Assembly: GCA_900088475.1 (NCBI GenBank)
Contig: FLMG01000484.1
Span: 45,692 to 109,691, forward strand
DNA length: 64,000 nucleotides
DNA from: Hyphochytrium catenoides
Lineage: Eukaryota; Protista; Hyphochytriomycota
Reading direction: 5' to 3'
The notes under the pieces were generated by a model. That model was not told the DNA's origin. It saw only the letters and a list, made by a program, of their open reading frames with translations, and searched no databases. The position numbers were made by a program, and so were the translations under genes. Shown piece by piece: positions 62,101 to 64,000 of the stretch (its first letter is position 1; each line of letters starts with the position of its first letter).

Positions 62101-63837
62101 ACCTTCTTTCCCGTTGGTCAGCAGCAGTAGTGATCCCTACTCACTCTTGTTGCCCAGCAGCAGAACCCCCTCCACCTTAAATGGCAGGCCCCAAACCAAA
62201 TGGAGTTGCAACAGCGACATAAGGATCGGCAAAAGGACGACAATTGAAGGAACAAATAGCAAAAAGAACTGGCTCTCCTTATCCTGCGTGACCTGCACAA
62301 TAACGTCGGCAGTTCTCCCTACTACGCTCCGAAAGAGTGACTGGGCTGAATAACTGGGAAGAGGAGAGAGAACAAGCCTCAAGGCGCCCACTATTACTTC
62401 TGGAGGCCAACAGTTGTGGCGTACTGCTTGCGTGCACTAGACTATCTGTTATTGTGCTGCTGTTATCTCCCGCCACTGAGGTTGCATGGCTGCGCAACAA
62501 CTCTCTTTCCTTTCCTTTCCCTTTCTTCCCAGTCTTCACCTAGCACAAGGTTCCGTCCTACTTCCTACCTACAGCCAATCCTCATGATATCAGGCCGCTG
62601 AGTTATCGGAACTGGCTTGGGGCATAGGGTCATCAGTTGACTGATGACGTAAGCGGATGGAGGAGAGGGAAGACGATGGCAATGTGGTCAACAAGGAGTA
62701 GATCAAACCTGCTACTGCTTTCTGTTGATCTTCATTGAACTTATCTGTTTCTGATGTCTATTAGTGGTACGTCATTTGATCCTACTACGCTTCATTCACG
62801 AACAATGCAGCATCAATGTGGACGCCATAGTCTCCCTAATCTACCAAATAAGTGGGAGGATATACCTTGCCATCACACAAAGACAGTCCATTGATATGCC
62901 GCTGCTCTCCTGCACTTTTAGCACTTATAAAGGGCCTTACTGTTGCTCGTTGAGATGGCCAAAGCTGATGTTTCTTCTACACAATGCTATTGGGACCCGT
63001 TAAGTTCAGCAGCAATGACGAGAAGCACGCCCTCTCTCTGCTCCATACATTTTTACCAGGCCTATGGAAGAAAGAAAAAAACGGTCTGTAGAAGCTCACC
63101 ACCAGGGTTCATGGAAAACGTAGCCCGTTTTGCCATTGTTATATATACTCGCTAGCGACTTCGTCCATCTAGCCAGTGAGTAAGGAGGGAGGCAGAAGCT
63201 TCAAGCTGCTGAGGGCTTTCAGAGCTAGGCGGCAGCTTATACTACCTTAACGATGTGACGCTTGTCTTAACTCGCTATTTTGACTTTCTGTCATCTCTTT
63301 ATAAGCTGCCGCCTTAGAGGAGGATCACCAGAGCAAATCTCAAGACAAAAAGGAAAGCGAGAGTGATCGCAGCCGCAACATCTGCCCTCACTGCAGCCAT
63401 CAGGGAGCACTCCGCAGTGAGCATAGCACTGATATAGCGGGAACTTCTGGTTGGAACTTTTCACTTGTTATTCAACACTATCATCACTATTGTTATTGCA
63501 ATGTCGAATCAGCTAGATATTTTTTTTTCCTTTCTGAGGAGGTTGGAGAAAAGAGCGCTGATAAAGAGACTATACGTCGTAGCTTTAGTTGTCTCTTTTT
63601 CTCCATCATCTTCGTTCTTTCGTTCTCTACTCTGACTTCTTCTTCTCTGGTCCGTCTCCTGAGTATAGGAATGAACAAAACTCCTCCTCCGAGTCACTCC
63701 TGATGATAAGTGGACCATGGCTCGATAGTAAAGGGCCATCATCCGAGAAAATGGTCAACAGGCCAGCGTTTATGATCAGGAGTATGAAGAAGATAGAGCT
63801 GAAGAGAAGAAACCAAGGCTTTGAAGCTCTTGTTGTC

Positions 63838-63935
63838 CCTTCTTCTTCCCCTCTTCTTCTGCTGCTGTTCTTCCTTCTTCCTCCCTTTTTCTTTTTACTC
63901 CTTTTTCTTCTCCTCCTTCTTTTTCTCCTCCTCCA
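63838..63935. repeat. CT-rich low-complexity tract
   Basis: Imperfect (CTT/CTC)n pyrimidine run near the window end. Confidence 0.75.
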
Positions 63936-64000
63936 CCTACATAGTACTAGTACTTTTATTATCCAGTTTTAAGAATTAAAGAAGTACTACAAATCTCTAC

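Larger units (their letters stand above)
38250..63450. repeat. Tandem segmental triplication, unit ~8.9 kb (approx. 38250-47200, 47200-56000, 56000-63450)
   Basis: Homologous stop codons at 38413, 47357 and 56183; ATGs at 41428, 50341 and 59180; many shared non-coding blocks in the same order. Boundaries are approximate. Confidence 0.92.

Noticed and set aside
38250-63450. The 8.9-kb units as transposons or an endogenous virus
   Set aside because: No transposase, RT, integrase, helicase, capsid, terminal repeats or target-site duplication seen; the genes have ordinary introns
1-64000. tRNA, rRNA, snRNA and CRISPR arrays
   Set aside because: No cloverleaf/T-loop context, snRNA signature or repeat-spacer periodicity found by eye; a covariance-model scan is needed to exclude small ncRNAs

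Overview
Eukaryotic protist genomic DNA with about 50% GC, short spliceosomal introns and two N-gaps. The gene repertoire suggests a flagellated stramenopile, which is an inference. Positions 1-37.5 kb are gene-dense. I spliced by hand a G-protein-coupled receptor kinase ending in a CaaX box, a bacterial-type enolase-superfamily hydroxyproline dehydratase/epimerase, an orphan membrane-anchored ORF, TRAPPC13, a SMIM15-like micro-protein, IRE1, methionine synthase reductase, a PPR protein, NBR1, an Iwr1/ankyrin protein and TBC1D31/WDR67. Positions 38.2-64 kb are three diverged tandem copies of a ~8.9-kb unit. Each copy carries a six-coding-exon gene for a protein with three N-terminal C-x4/5-C...C-x2-H (WRKY19-like) zinc fingers, plus ~6 kb of duplicated upstream non-coding DNA. 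Main highlights: (1) IRE1 carries two C-terminal CCCH RNA-binding fingers and has a Lys-to-Glu change at the conserved RNase lysine. (2) The dehydratase gene appears to need a GA-AG intron. (3) The third copy of the zinc-finger array is frameshifted. (4) The GRK pairs a GRK2-like N-terminus with a GRK1-like prenylation box. All gene models are manual, without expression or database support.
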